Of a stretch of DNA of 64,000 nt, positions 11,589-24,644 are shown piece by piece. This DNA comes from Penicillus capitatus (lineage: Eukaryota; Plantae; Chlorophyta). A program made the translations under genes and the position numbers. The notes beneath the pieces are model-generated. The model was not told the DNA's origin. It was given only the letters and a program-made list of their open reading frames with translations, and did no database searches. The stretch is taken from positions 186,001 through 250,000 of the forward strand of contig OZ287697.1 in assembly GCA_965649825.1 (NCBI GenBank), in the 5' to 3' direction. Positions within the stretch are counted from its first letter, which is position 1, and each line of letters begins with the position of its first letter.

Positions 11589-13194
11589 CTAAAAAGTGTT
11601 CCTCGGCGCGAAGCTCAACCAGATGCCATTCTTGGCTTCGATGCCGAATCCCGCCACCGCACCATCTGCTAAATCTGCATACGATCCGGCCAAGGAGACC
11701 TCGTACTTTTGAAGGATGGCGACGATGGCAACTCGCATCTCCAGCATCGCTAACTTTTGTCCAGGGCAATCTCTGGGACCGGAGGAGAACTGCATGTTAT
11801 GCGAACGGCAGATTGCGTCGTCACTGAGCCATCTCTCTGGTTTGAAGCTTTCTGGTTCGTTCCAGTCTGTGTCGAAGTGGTACGCACGGTTGCCAATCTG
11901 CAGAATCTTGGTCCCCTTCGGAATCCTGTATCCGAGAATGTTCATGTCCCTTGGTACGCGTCGCGTGAAAGCTGATGCAAGAACATGCATTACTCTCATC
12001 CCCTCCTTAACGACAGCATTGAGATAGACCAGCGTTGACAAATCTTCAAAATGTAGTTCTTTTTGATTTGCTTCATGTAGATTGTGCTCCTCCAGCTCGT
12101 CCAAGATCTTTCCGACAACGTCGGGGCGAACAGCCAAGAGGGCCAAAATCCATGCGAGTTGATGGCCAGTTGTCTCCATCCCGCTGGTCACGACAGTCGC
12201 CACTTCCGCCAAAAGGACGTCATAGTCCACGCGCTTCTTTGTTTGTGGATCTGTGAGATGTTTCAGTCCGTACCAGATGGGCTCTTCGCCGTTGACAGGG
12301 TCGTCTCGGGACAGAATCTCATCAGTGAGAATTGCCCACTCGTTGTTCATTTTGCCGATAACAGAGCTTCGGTATCTTCCAGCCTTGGAGTATGGAAAGA
12401 GCCTGCAGTAGACATCCTTCAGTGGATTGATGATTGCCTCTCTTGCAACATGTTGTGCTTTAATGAAAGAGTCGAGCATCTCTCGACTTCCGTCCAAACC
12501 CCCCAGGTTCTCGTCGAAGGCAATGGAACCGATGGCATCAAGTGTCATCGAGACGAAGAGCTTCTGCACTTCGATCGGTCCCCTCTCTCTTTCAGATTCG
12601 ATGAAAGAGACCGTCTTTCGCATGATGTTTCGAATTTTCGGCATCGCCGCCTTTAGAGTTTTTGATTGAAACGCGACTGCGTACACTCTGCGAACGGCCT
12701 TGACGTACGGCGTCACTTCCGTAAGCAGAAAGAGCGATTTTGCTTGTGGGTTGTTACCCAACAGCTACGATCACAAAATCACGCAATCATGCGATCCGAA
12801 CAAGCTTTTTGCTCACCGGAAGTAAAAGAGCTCCGTCTAAATCGACTCGAGGAAAGGGATCTCTGCTGGACAACATACTTCTTTTTATGAACTCATCATC
12901 TGTGACCACCAGCAATGATTCGCCCAAAACGTCGACCTACAGGGACAGTTCGCGCAGCTCCACAGTCAGCAAGCATCAAACTTTCATCAGCTTCGGGTAA
13001 TCGAGGCGTTTGAGACCGTGTCCGGCCCATTTGGCTATGTTTCTGATTGCTTCGCCGCTGACGAAGTCGAGTGTATGCCCCAGAATCGGCCAACCAGGTG
13101 GACTCGGTACCTTGTGGAGGTCATACCTCCATCTGCGCCAGAGAATACGCGTCACGAGTGCGACGAGCAGAGAACAGAGGACGGCAGTCCACAT
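11589..13194 (-). CDS. Cytochrome P450 (P450-3), ~502 aa
   Basis: Exons 13194-12982, 12936-12817, 12764-11589. Motifs SGMETT, KEGMR, PERW, FSSGPRDCPG. Confidence 0.93.
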
Positions 13195-14360
13195 GGCTTT
13201 CACGTCGAGTGGCCCGGCGAAACTGAAAACGGACAGCGCAGCTCCACACGGCAAGAGCCTCGTTTTCACGGCAAAACAAGAATCCAAATATAATCCACGC
13301 AGCAGAACGAAAACCCAAGTGACTAATGCTGACTCCTTCCTCTACTGTCATCTCCGTCTCTTACGATCGTCAGACGAATTCATGGAAGGAAGGACGACGT
13401 CTGTGAGGTCCATCGGCGCAACAGGACGATGGATCGCATTTGGGAGGCAAATCTATCTGAATGATACGTCGCTTCGGATGTGTAACCTCGATGGCGCAGA
13501 AACGCCGTAAAAGTGTCCCGAGGAACGTGTGTGGGTTTCTGACGCGAGTGTAAAGACCAGTTCATCTCTGACGTTTAAGCGTCCCCGATCCGGCGACACC
13601 ATCTGCGAACAATCGGAACGATGCATGCGCCAGTGTTTTTTGCTACCTAATGTCCTTCCAAAGACACCGATTTTAGACCTTAAGCGGTCCGTTCTCTCGA
13701 ACACATTCAACGGCAGATGTCATTTTCTGCGAGCGCCTGTGCAGTCCGATGTGCAAGTCGCTCTACTTAATACAAATGCCAGGACTGAGTATGATCATGA
13801 TCTGGGACGACCATCTCGTGTGGTAGAACACGCATTATCTTCCTGGGTCGTGACTACTCGTCCACAAAGAGGTTACTCAATCACCCCGCTGAACACAGAC
13901 AACTAAACGTACCAGTGATGCGATTTATGGATGATTGATCTGTTCTTTCAGAACGGATCCGGCAATCTGCTCTGTCTGCTGACACCTCTGCCGCGAACTT
14001 GTCTAGATACCTACGCCAGACAGTTCGTTCTTTCAAGAATCCTCTGCGTCATTCAGCGTCGGAACTAGGTCGTTTTGCTTCTTAGCCTAGCCATCACTAG
14101 TTCAGACTTCGATTGACTTTCATGAGTTCTGAATCGGCGATCAATGAAACGACGTGTCGGTTTCTGATGCACTTCGCATTGAAGAAACGCACTTAACGCT
14201 GAAGTGACTGTTGAGAACGACGGGTATCTTGGACACGTGCCCAGCTTCGCACAACTTCCCAACGGCTGACTATTCGGAGCTTTAAAAGCCGTTCTCTGTG
14301 TCGGGTTTCCGATTTCACCAGAAGCTTTCACTTTAATTCGCTGGTCTGTGGATTCCAGGA

Positions 14361-15213
14361 ATGTCGAAGCTGGCACTTGTGGTTGTGCTCACCGTGTCGT
14401 TGAGCGTCGTCTCGAACGGTAAATCTCGTCTTTGTCACCTGCTAGACGACACTGTGTTGTTTTTAGCGCAATACGAGGAAAGGTGTCCCTGGAAGGTCTT
14501 AGAGGCTGCTCGATATCCCTCCAACGGAGTGGCAACGGGGTTAAATATTACTTACATCAACGGGAACGAACGCACTGAAAGCTTCAGTAAAAACGACGGC
14601 GCAAAAACAATTGGCGGCGAACCAGTTCCGCTGTCGAGTTACGAAGGCACTCATAGCGTATGGAATGGCGTCAATTGCTCGGCGACGTTGTCCAATTCTC
14701 CTAAAGTAAACCCAATACAAAAACGCGAATCTCTGACGGTGTACTTTCCAGGATTTCGCATACACAACGGATGCGTGCTTCAGGACGAATCAACAACCGT
14801 CTCAGACGGAGTGCCGCAACGTTAACGTCCAGAAAGACGCGGAGTGCTTTTGCAAAGCCGTCACGAGTACACTCGGGGATGTGTCGGTTGTTTGTCCTCC
14901 GGGAAACGTCGCCGTGCTTTGCGCTGCGGTCTCGCAGAATCCGGTCGAAGTCTCATGCCTCGTCGGCCAAGCTATTCGGGATGTTGCCGAGAGAGTGAAT
15001 ACGTTTGGCGATTCCATTTGCCAACAGAACATCGTGGCAGTGATTGACGCTGCGAAAAGCGTTTATGCGAAGCTCAGTACTGACGATGGTATTTGCAGGA
15101 CACCAGATACGCCCTCCGTAAGTACAGAGACCGAGTTCATCGCAGCTGTGCAAGACTTAGCTGCAAAGGCATTCGATTCTTGCTGGAAGTACTGCGAAGG
15201 CTTCGGTCTCTGA
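14361..15213 (+). CDS. Secreted cysteine-rich protein of unknown function, ~252 aa
   Basis: ATG 14361 with a signal-peptide-like start (MSKLALVVVLTVSLSVVSN). A 46-bp GT-AG intron (14706-14751) joins the two tracked ORFs in frame, and a 48-bp in-frame intron is likely at 14419-14466. About a dozen Cys; stop at 15213. Confidence 0.7.
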
Positions 15214-16090
15214 CGCTGCCGATTGACGGATGGCATCACGGGCGTTGTCATTGCTTACCATCACTACACACTCACTGCCTAACACACATTGCCGCAAAGC
15301 TAAATTCTACTGTTTAACTAGATTTGGGATTCAATGGACGGAAGCTGAAATGATCGTTTTGGACATATCTAACTTGATGTACAGGGAAATGCTCATCTTA
15401 ATTTTGGTACGATCATGTCGGGTGGTCGACGATAGATGGGAAGCTTCTGAGACAGGATCTGAGCAATAGTTATTACCTCCTCTTAAGCATCTTATATGCT
15501 GCAAACAATTCTGAACGCATTCTTGTTAGCACGGACTACTAGAAGTCCTGCATTTAAATTCATTAGATTCAAGAGGCTGGCTTCGGCGACCCAGAACACC
15601 TCGCTTGGTCATTGCAAATACAAATACAAACGAGACGATTGCGATGATATGCACCAAAGGTTTACCTGACTGGGTACTGCGGTCAGTCCAGCATTCGCTT
15701 TCGGTCCAGAACGTCATGTCGCTCTGCGTGACCGTCTCAACGGAGGCAATCAATCGGACCGTTTTTCAACCGTCCTGTCTTTTCGAACACCATCACCGTC
15801 ACCGTCACGCCGCCGACGGCTCCGACAAAACTCACAGTAGATGCTGTGGTGGCATCTGGAGAATTGTCCTTGTCGTCGAAAACCGATGAGGATCGATCAT
15901 GGACATGCGTTTGTTACGTCCCGACATCGGTGTTCGCTGAACGAGTCGCGAGCCTTGTAGAAAGAAAAAAATTAATGAACATGTGGTTTGCGTTTCGAGC
16001 AGTTCTTTCCGAAAATCATTACCCCTCCTCGATCAATGAAATAATGCTTGCTTCTCCAGTTATTGGAATCTGGAGATGATGCTTTAAAAC

Positions 16091-17692
16091 TCAAAGATTC
16101 TCCCTTGGCACCACGTTGATCCATATACCGCCCTCTACTTCAATGGTTCCGCTTGTGAGAACGTTGTCCATCAAATCTTGAACAGTACCAACCAGCGAGA
16201 GTCTATACTTCTGTAAGAGAGAGATGATGGCAAGGCGCATTTCGAGCATGGCCAGCTTCTGGCCAACACAATCTCTCGGACCCGATGAGAACATGACATT
16301 GCACCTGTTGCGAAGATCATCCTCTGCGAATTCTCCTTCTGGATCAAATGAATTTGGGTCGTTCCAGTCGGTATCGACCTGAAATGCTCTGTGTCCAAAT
16401 CGTGTGATCTTGGTGCCTTTTGGCACCCTGTATCCCAGAATCGTCATATCCTCTGGAACGATGCGAGGAAATGAGGCGGCACCCATCCAGGCCACTCTCA
16501 TTCCTTCCTTAATGACAGCTGTCAGGTAAGTCAGATTGGCCAAGTCTTCAAACTGCAGTTCTCGTGCGTTTTCGCCATAGAGCCCATGTTTGTCCAGCTC
16601 TGTGACAATCTTTTCTGCCACGTCGGATCGGGATGCGATGAGAGCCATAACCCATGACAGCTGTTGTCCAGTTGTCTCTGTACCCAGCGAACACGACGGT
16701 GGCGACTTCTGAGAGAAGTCTGTTGTAGGGAATGGGTTTCTTCGTTTCGGGATCTACCAGACGCTTCAGTCCATACCAGATGGGGTTCTCTCCTGTGGTC
16801 GGTGCCTCTCTCTGCAAGATGTCGTCTGTCAGTTCCTTCCACTTACGATTCAGATTCTCTATGGTCTTGCGCCGTTGCTGAGCCGTCGATGAGTTTGGGA
16901 ACATTCGACAGTAGATTTCGCCCAGGGGATTCGAGAACCTCTGCCTTCCGATGTATGCTGCAGCCCTGAGCAGATCCAGGAACTCGCTGCTGTCATTCAG
17001 ACTGCCCATGTTGACATCAAATGCCAGCGCACCGATTCCATCCAGCGCCATACTTAGGAACAGCTTCTGAAGTTCGACCGGACGATCTTTTCTTTTGGAC
17101 TCGACAACTGAAAGCATTCTCCGCATGACGTTCTGAAGTCTGGGCATTGCTGCCTTAAGACTCGTCGACTGCACAGCTTCTGTGTAGATCCTACGAACCG
17201 CCTTCACATATGGTGTAACTTTGGTGGTCAACACAAGACTCTTTGCTTGTGCATCGTCTCCAATCGTCTAAACAGCTCATCCTAGGAATCTATTTTTGCA
17301 TTCCTGCTTACTCACTGGCAGTACGAAATGCCCATTTGCTGCCGTGGGAAACTTGTTTTTTGACGAAAACAACACCGTTTTGATAAAGGCGTCGTCCGTC
17401 ACGATGATTTCCAACGTGCCCATGACGTCCAACTGAAACCATTCTCTTTAAACGCGACTCAAACTTGAGAATCGCTCACCCGCATCAACTTCGGGTAGTC
17501 AAGTTTCTTGAGCGCGTTACCCACCCATCTTGCGCAATCTCTCAGTCCCTCGCCGCGCGTCAACGAAAGCGTGTGGCCCAAAATTGGCAGTCCGGGAGGA
17601 CAAGGTATCTTGTGCAGGTCGTATTTCCATCTTAACCACAGAAAGCGCGAAAGCCATACGGTGACGAGCGACCAAAGCAATGCCGTCCACAT
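16091..17692 (-). pseudogene. Cytochrome P450 (P450-4) with a +1 frameshift in the I-helix
   Basis: Exons 17692-17480, 17432-17316, 17267-16091. An extra G at 16683-16685 breaks FAGTETTGQQ, and the PERW motif reads PEGE. Heme motif FSSGPRDCVG is intact. Confidence 0.8.
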
Positions 17693-18269
17693 TTCTTTTT
17701 GCGGTGCTCGGTACTGACAGTGGCTGCGTTGAGCAAACGAACACACGCAGAAACGAAATCTCAAAAGCAGAAAATGTACGTGCTATCTGTGAGCGTAAGG
17801 CGACGCCGTAAACGGGAACGCGGAACAATACTAAATCAAAGTTCGTTTTCGTCGCGTTAACGGTTCGACCACAATTCCGACGATCGACAGTACACCTGCA
17901 CGCGGGAGCAGATTCTGCAGACAACTCCGGAAACCAGATTTCGTCTTTTGTTACAATATCGCTCGGTACCTGTCTGCTGGTCCGATGACACCGCTCAAAT
18001 CACCCACTCGGAGAACAACTCTTTTTCGGTTTCGGAAGAAACGCTCTCTTAATTGCACACATACCTTGCTGACCTGCACTCGCACTTTTCTTCGGCATTA
18101 AAGGCTCTACAGTTTCGTGTAAGTCAAACAGACAAGTGCCACATCCATTGTGGGACGGCACTGCACTATACTTTACACAACACGCACAGTCGAAGTACGC
18201 GTGCTTGGCGCTGAGATACCAAAGAGGAGCGGAGGAGTCTCGCCCGTTTCCGGATTGACTCACCTTATT

Positions 18270-18530
18270 AGCGCAGGAAGTCTCGAGGTAAGATGGAAGC
18301 GGGAAGGTGAGGATGACGACAACAAACCGCAAAGTGTAGACAACAGATAGCTTTGCTACAACAACAGACTGTATGGAACAGATAAGCACACATAAAACTG
18401 CCATTGTGAACCGAAAGATGTCTTACGTCTCGAATCCCTCGCTTTCGCACTCTTCTAGTGATGGGACCGATAGGACAAGGTAAGAAAAGCTAATTTTACT
18501 AAGTTCAAGAGTGATTTCTTCACGAAACCC
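18270..18530 (+). repeat. Diverged fragment of the 1044-1853 element
   Basis: Shared blocks in the same order: GCAG(G)AAGTCT(T/C)GAGGTAAGATG, GGACC(A/G)ATAGGACAA(A/G)GTA, AAGTTCAAGAGTGA. Ends not defined. Confidence 0.4.
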
Positions 18531-20174
18531 GCGGTGGGACTGGGAAATTTTCAAACTGACTACTAAGAACTTCGACCAGAAGCACACTAAGAAAGCTAGA
18601 AAGGACATTGAAGATCGTCTGTGATGAGAAAAAAAAGCTTGATTCGAAACGAGACGTTGCATTGCTTTTTCAATTTGTCAGTGTTCAGTAAAACTTGGCT
18701 ACAAGGAGAATTCATAAGAGAAAACGTTCGTATAAATGCTCTTGTAGACACTGAGACACTGATAATTTTGTTGTTTGTTTGCGGTTTTCGTGTAATTAAA
18801 TGTCAATCTTTCCGCCGTTCTTCCAGCCGAATCCATCGACTTGACCTGAATACCAGTGTCTCCTCTTCGTTTTACGTCGTTGGTGATAGGTCTTACTACC
18901 GCGTTCTCTTTATCTGTAGCCTAACCCGATTAGAAGCCCGGGACGGTTTTTACGCTTAATTCCCAACTCTCTCAAAAGAGAAGCCTTCACTTGATTAAAA
19001 GCCCCCTCACCTCATAGAAGGTTGTATACGAGTACCGTATGTTATTAACCCTGTCACGAGTCTTTTGCTATCGCCGACATTTTATTCGAGATGGACTGGT
19101 CGAAGACCGTTCGAGATGAAGCAAACTTCGAAGCCGGGCCTGCTTGTTGGGGTAAAAAGGTGCTTCGCCGAATCTCCCAATGCAACACAGCCCTACCTAA
19201 TTAGAAACTCTGTTTCTGCGAGTACTGCTCTATTTTTTACAAGCCCGGGTTACAAATCGGGAGAACACGGTATAACTTCTGTAGCACATGTAGAACTGCC
19301 TCTTCAAACTTTAGAATTTTGTGAGGAATCATGAAACCGGACTATGCACGTATACAATCGATTACACGCAGCAGCCCACGAGGTGCTTTTGATCATCATT
19401 TGTCCCAGGTCTCGGATCGCACTGCGAAGAATGCCTGGGGCCATCGAGGTAAAGATGCAAACCTTGAACGAGGCATGATGTCATGCATGAGATGAGATGA
19501 CGACAACAGGATCGCGAGAAACATGACACCATAATGACTGGTTTATGGTCTTTTAGCGCACAATCTGTTGTATACGTACACGAGTTAGGTCTGAGTATTG
19601 TCAGGTAGTTTCCGTCCGGTGGGACTCGCCTCCAATGAAGTTTTTTGTTGAAGGTATTCTCACGTTCCACGACACATGACGATTACAAGCTAGGTAGAAC
19701 ACATCATTTCATGTTCTTACATCCTTCGTATAAGCCAAAGGGTAACGGATCTGACTGGCAGGAACACAGTAATTGATGTCGAGGTGGTTGCATCGGCTAC
19801 TTGCCGTTGTCTAGATCGAGAAGATCCATCGGAAATGTGACAAATTCGCGCGGCTCGAACAACAGCAAAAAATTGCGGCCCGACGACGACGCATTTGCAG
19901 AGGATATATCATTGATCTGCTCAGTATACAGATGGCTACACGTGGGAATGACCAGACATAACAAGAGAGGTGCATTATACTAACTTGTATTCTTCCTTGC
20001 AGGGTAACTCCGTTGGGAGGGGACATTCTTCCTAACTTTAACGTTCGGAAAAACAACGGATACACAACACATTCTTTAACGCCTATCATTAGTGACCCCA
20101 ACACGCAAGGAAGTGAGAATATAAAAGGGTTTTCTGGTACGATAAAAAACAATGAGAAATGTGAGTTGAATGCA

Positions 20175-21782
20175 TTACGCGGAAGGCATTCTTGGCGTGA
20201 AGTTCAACCAAATACCATCCTTCGCCTCGACAACGAGTCCGGTCACAGCATTGTTCGCCAGATCTGTATACGACCCGATCAAGGAAAGTTCATACGTCTG
20301 CACGAGAGCGATAATAGCGAGGCGGATTTGGAGCATCGCCAGTTTTTGTCCTGGGCAATTTCTGGGGCCTGTCGAGAACGGATAATCGCGCACACGACCG
20401 ATATCGTTCTCCGTGAGCCATCTCTCTGGCTTGAAGCTTTCTGGGTCGTTCCAATCGGCGCTGATGTTGAAGGCACGACTGCCAATTTGAAGGATCCTTG
20501 TTCCCTTAGGGATTCTATACCCCACAATGTTCATATCCCTCGGGACCTTTCGACTGAACGACATGGCAATGATGTTTGCCACTCTCATCCCCTCTTTGAC
20601 AACAGAATTGAGGTAGGCTAACTCCGACAAGTCTTCGAACTGCAGATCGCTCTGAGTGTCCCCATACAGGCCGTGCTGCTTCAACTCATCCAAGATCTTG
20701 CCGACGACATCGGGACGAGTAGCCAAGATAGCAGAAATCCATCCAAGCTGGTGACCGTTGGTATCCATCCCGCTGGTCACGACAGTCGCCACTTCAGCCA
20801 AAAGGACGTCATAGTCCACGCGCTTTTTCGTTTCTGGATCTGTCAGATGCTTCAGTCCATACCAGATAGGCTCTTCGCCGTCGACAGGGTCGTCTCGGGA
20901 CAGTATCTCATCCGTCAGCAGTTTCCACTCGTTGTTCAATCTGCCGATAACCGAGCTTCGGTGCTGTCCAGCCTTCGAGTTTGGAAAGAGTTTGTTGTAG
21001 AGAGCTTTGAGTGGATTGTAGAGAGCCCCTCTAGAAATGTGCCCCGAAGCCAAGATAAGTTCGAGCATCTCTTGACTGCCATCCAAGCCGCCCAGATTCT
21101 TGTCGAAAGCGATAATACCAATGGCGTCTAACGTCATCGACACGAACAGTCTTTGGACTTCGATCGGTCCGTTCTCCCTTGTAGATTCGATGATGGAGAT
21201 CATCTTTTTTATAACCTCCTGAGTCTTTGGCATTACTGTCTTCAGATTATTCGACTGAAACGCGTTTAAGTACACTCTGCGAATGGCCTTGACGTACGGA
21301 TTCACTCCGGCATGCATAACGAGAGATTTTGCATGTGGATTGTCGCCGATCATCTAAGATCATACCGTTATATGATGCGACACCCTACAGTTTAGCTCAC
21401 TGGAAGTATCAGACCGCCGTCTTCGACCAGCTTAGGGAAGGGATCTCTCGCCGACATCATGACGTTTCGAATAAAGTCGCCATCTGTGACCACCAGCCAC
21501 GGTTCGCCCATTAAGTCGAACTACAACACCATTTTATACGACTCACACTGTCAGTAAACATCACACTCGCATGAGCCTCGGGTAATTGAGGTGTTTAAGT
21601 CCTTGTCCGACCCATTTCGCGACATTTCTGGTTCCTTCGCCGAAGACGAAGTCCAGGGTATTCCCAAAGATCGGCCAGCCAGGCGGCGTCGGTACCTCGT
21701 GGAGGTCGTACCTCCACCTCCGCCATAGGATACGCGTCACGAGTGCGACGAGCAGAGAGCATAAAATAGCTGTCCATGTCAT
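20175..21782 (-). CDS. Cytochrome P450 (P450-5), ~504 aa
   Basis: Exons 21782-21567, 21520-21401, 21353-20175. Motifs SGMDTN, KEGMR, PERW, FSTGPRNCPG. Confidence 0.93.
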
Positions 21783-22515
21783 AGTCGAGTTTAGAACTCG
21801 TGTCGTCGAACAAACAAACGCGTTGTGTTCGATCGACGACGGATACCAAAATACCGCATATGCTACGGGTCAGCTGACGGCACCGAATCGAAGGCGTTGA
21901 CTGTTGAATCATGACTCCATCTGCTCGAAACGGGCACAGTATCAGCGCGACTAGCTGAAGTGCCGAGGATGTCGGTGACCATCATCAGGAGGCAACGTTT
22001 CTAGAAATGGCTTCGTTTCCGGAGCTCGTCGGGAAACCCCAGTCAAGAAGGACGTGTCTTGGAGAAAGCACAACGATCTTGCTCTTCTCAAAGCGATGGA
22101 CTCGATCGGATTCAAGCTGATCGTCACTCCGCCTGGTCGTTTCCTCTTTCACACCTAGTCATTTACGGAGATCGGTTAAAGAGCCTTCAACGGTGAGGAG
22201 CAGCCACTGTTGTCGGCATTCTCGTGAATCCGTGGACTCTAACAAAGTTCAGACCTGCAGTTCTTATCCCTGAGTAATGTCACGTCAAAGCTGCGTTACA
22301 CCATGTACGATGACATGAGTCCAGGAACTGTCAACGGAAGCCGTTGTGACATGAGAAATGTCCGGAGGACCATACACCAATATGACTGCATTCGTCGTCC
22401 GTCTGTCAGTTTCTTGACACCGTTACTCTTCTGCTGAATCTGTCTCTCCGTTCGTCCAGTGCACATCAACAGGACACACATGTGCTTCAGAGACGACACA
22501 CGTTTCGATCGTGGA

Positions 22516-24121
22516 CTAAGCGGATCTCAGCTTGAGGTGCATCCAGATTCCATCGATAGCTTCGATGACAATGTTGTTGCGAGCATTCATCATAAGATCG
22601 TCGAAAGGAATGGTCAAAGAGAACGTGTATCTCTGGACCAGACGGAGTATGGCGAGACGTAATTCCATCATCGCCAGTCGCTGACCAATGCAGTCTCGTG
22701 GCCCGCTCGAGAATCCAAGGTAATGCTTGAGCGACAGGTCCTCTCCAGTCAACCACCTTTCCGGCTTGAAGGTCGCCGCGTCCTCCCAGTCATCCTCTGA
22801 ATGCATCCACCTGTTACCAGGCAGTGCTATCTGAGTGCCCTTTGGAACGCGGTAGCCCGAAACGGTAGTATCCTTGGTGGTGATGCGATGAAAACTGCCG
22901 ATGATGACGGTGCAGATTCTCATGCCTTCCTTAACAACTGCCGTGAGATATGGCAAGTCGGCCAGATCCTCGAAAGTCACTTTCCTTGCTCCAGGCTCAT
23001 GCAATCCGTTCTCTTTCAGGTGCTGCAGAATTTTATCTGTGACGCGTGGATTATCTGCCAGCAAGGCCAGGATCCATGCCAACTGGTGTCCCGTAGAGTC
23101 CATTCCGCCGACCACCATCGAAGCCAACTCGGACCTAAAGTCCTTGTACGGCAGCTTCTTGCCAGTTTCCGGATCCACGAATGTCCGCAACGCATGCCAC
23201 ATTGGCAACTCTCCTGCTGGAGGATCCTCTTTCTTCAGAACATCTTCAGCGATCTTATCCCATTCAGCCGTGAGCAGACGGATATTCTCCTTCTGTGCCT
23301 TGGCCACCAAAGATCGAGGGAAGAGGGTGCAGTACAGTTTCTTGAGAGGATTGAGAATGCCGTCCATGACAATGTATCCCACCTCAATCAAGAGCCTGTG
23401 CAGATCCTTGCTGCCATCCAAGCCGCCGAAGTTCTCATCGAAAGCGACCTGTCCGATCACATCGAGTGTGAAGCTCACACAGAGATGCTGCACGTCCACG
23501 GAGCCTTTCTCTCTTGCCGAATCGATTCGGTCGAACAACTGATCGATCACACTGTTTACCTTCGGCACCATGATCTTGAGATTTGCAGAATCCATCGTCG
23601 AGGAATAACAACGGCGAAGGGCTTTGACAAAGGAAGTCGTCGCTTGGACGGTCGATAAGGTCTTGACGTTAGGATCTCCACCAGACATCTGCAAACAGAA
23701 GCGTCGACCGGGGGGCGGCACATTACAAGAAGAATCGCACATTGTATATACCGTCCAGGGTATGTTTGAGGAGCACGTCTGTCTTGGAAAAGAGCACGGA
23801 CTTTGCAAACTTCATGTCCTTGACATAGAGAACTGAAAGTCCCGGGAGATTCACCTGAGGCACGCGGATACAAAGTGCGTTCAGCTGCGCGCTGTTTTGC
23901 GGTACCTTCATGATGTTTGGCCAGCCGAGACGTTTCCACCAGTAGGCACGGGCATAAGTGAGTTCCTTTTCGCCTTTTGAACCCACGAAGAGAAAAGCGT
24001 GTCCCAGAAGCGGCCACCCGGGCGGCGACGGTATCTTGTGAAGGTCATACCTCCACCTCATCCAGAGCATGCGCGTGAACAGAAAGGCCAGTAGTAAGGC
24101 CGCTAAACATTGGAAGAACAT
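22516..24121 (-). CDS. Cytochrome P450 (P450-6, divergent subgroup), ~500 aa
   Basis: Exons 24121-23906, 23854-23741, 23688-22516. Motifs GGMDST, KEGMR, PERW, FSSGPRDCIG. Confidence 0.92.
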
Positions 24122-24644
24122 AATACGCTATCAACGATGCGTCGACGTTCGCATATAGAACAGCGCTAAATGCATCGGTCGCTGTCTGACTGCCGCCTGT
24201 CCGACGTGTCGGACAGGAGGGCCGATTTGCTCATACGTCACAATCGCCTTCCGTTAGACATTTGTTGGAGGGGTACACGCTCTGAAAAACGGTAAGGCGA
24301 TCTTCCATCTCGAGTCTCGCAGTAGAAACAAGTCTTCGCTCCAGGATGATGGATTTGATGCCATTCTGTCATCAGAATCCATCTGCATTGTTGAAGGACC
24401 TTCGTGATCTGAATCCTGCACACATTTGTGCTCAGCTATAGCGACGAACGAATGTGACGTATCCATCAATGCCTCGCATTCAGGCCACCTCTCTATCCAG
24501 ACAAGGCTGGCGATGAGCATCATATTTGTCCAAAGTGTACTACATAGAAACAAAAGGGGTTTGCTCATGGGCATGTCATGAGCACCACGAAAAAGTCCGT
24601 TTCTGCAAATATACTCCAAAAGAAGACAGAGCCCACGTTTTTGT

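Larger units (their letters stand above)
9490..13400. repeat. Segmental duplication, paralogous to about 1-7200
   Basis: Collinear similarity: P450 exon 1, intergenic blocks (440-800~10040-10340; 1866-2404~10610-11157; 4330-4449~11147-11265; 5130-5430~11288-11589), then an A-type P450. The length difference is largely explained by TSD-flanked inserts. Confidence 0.8.
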
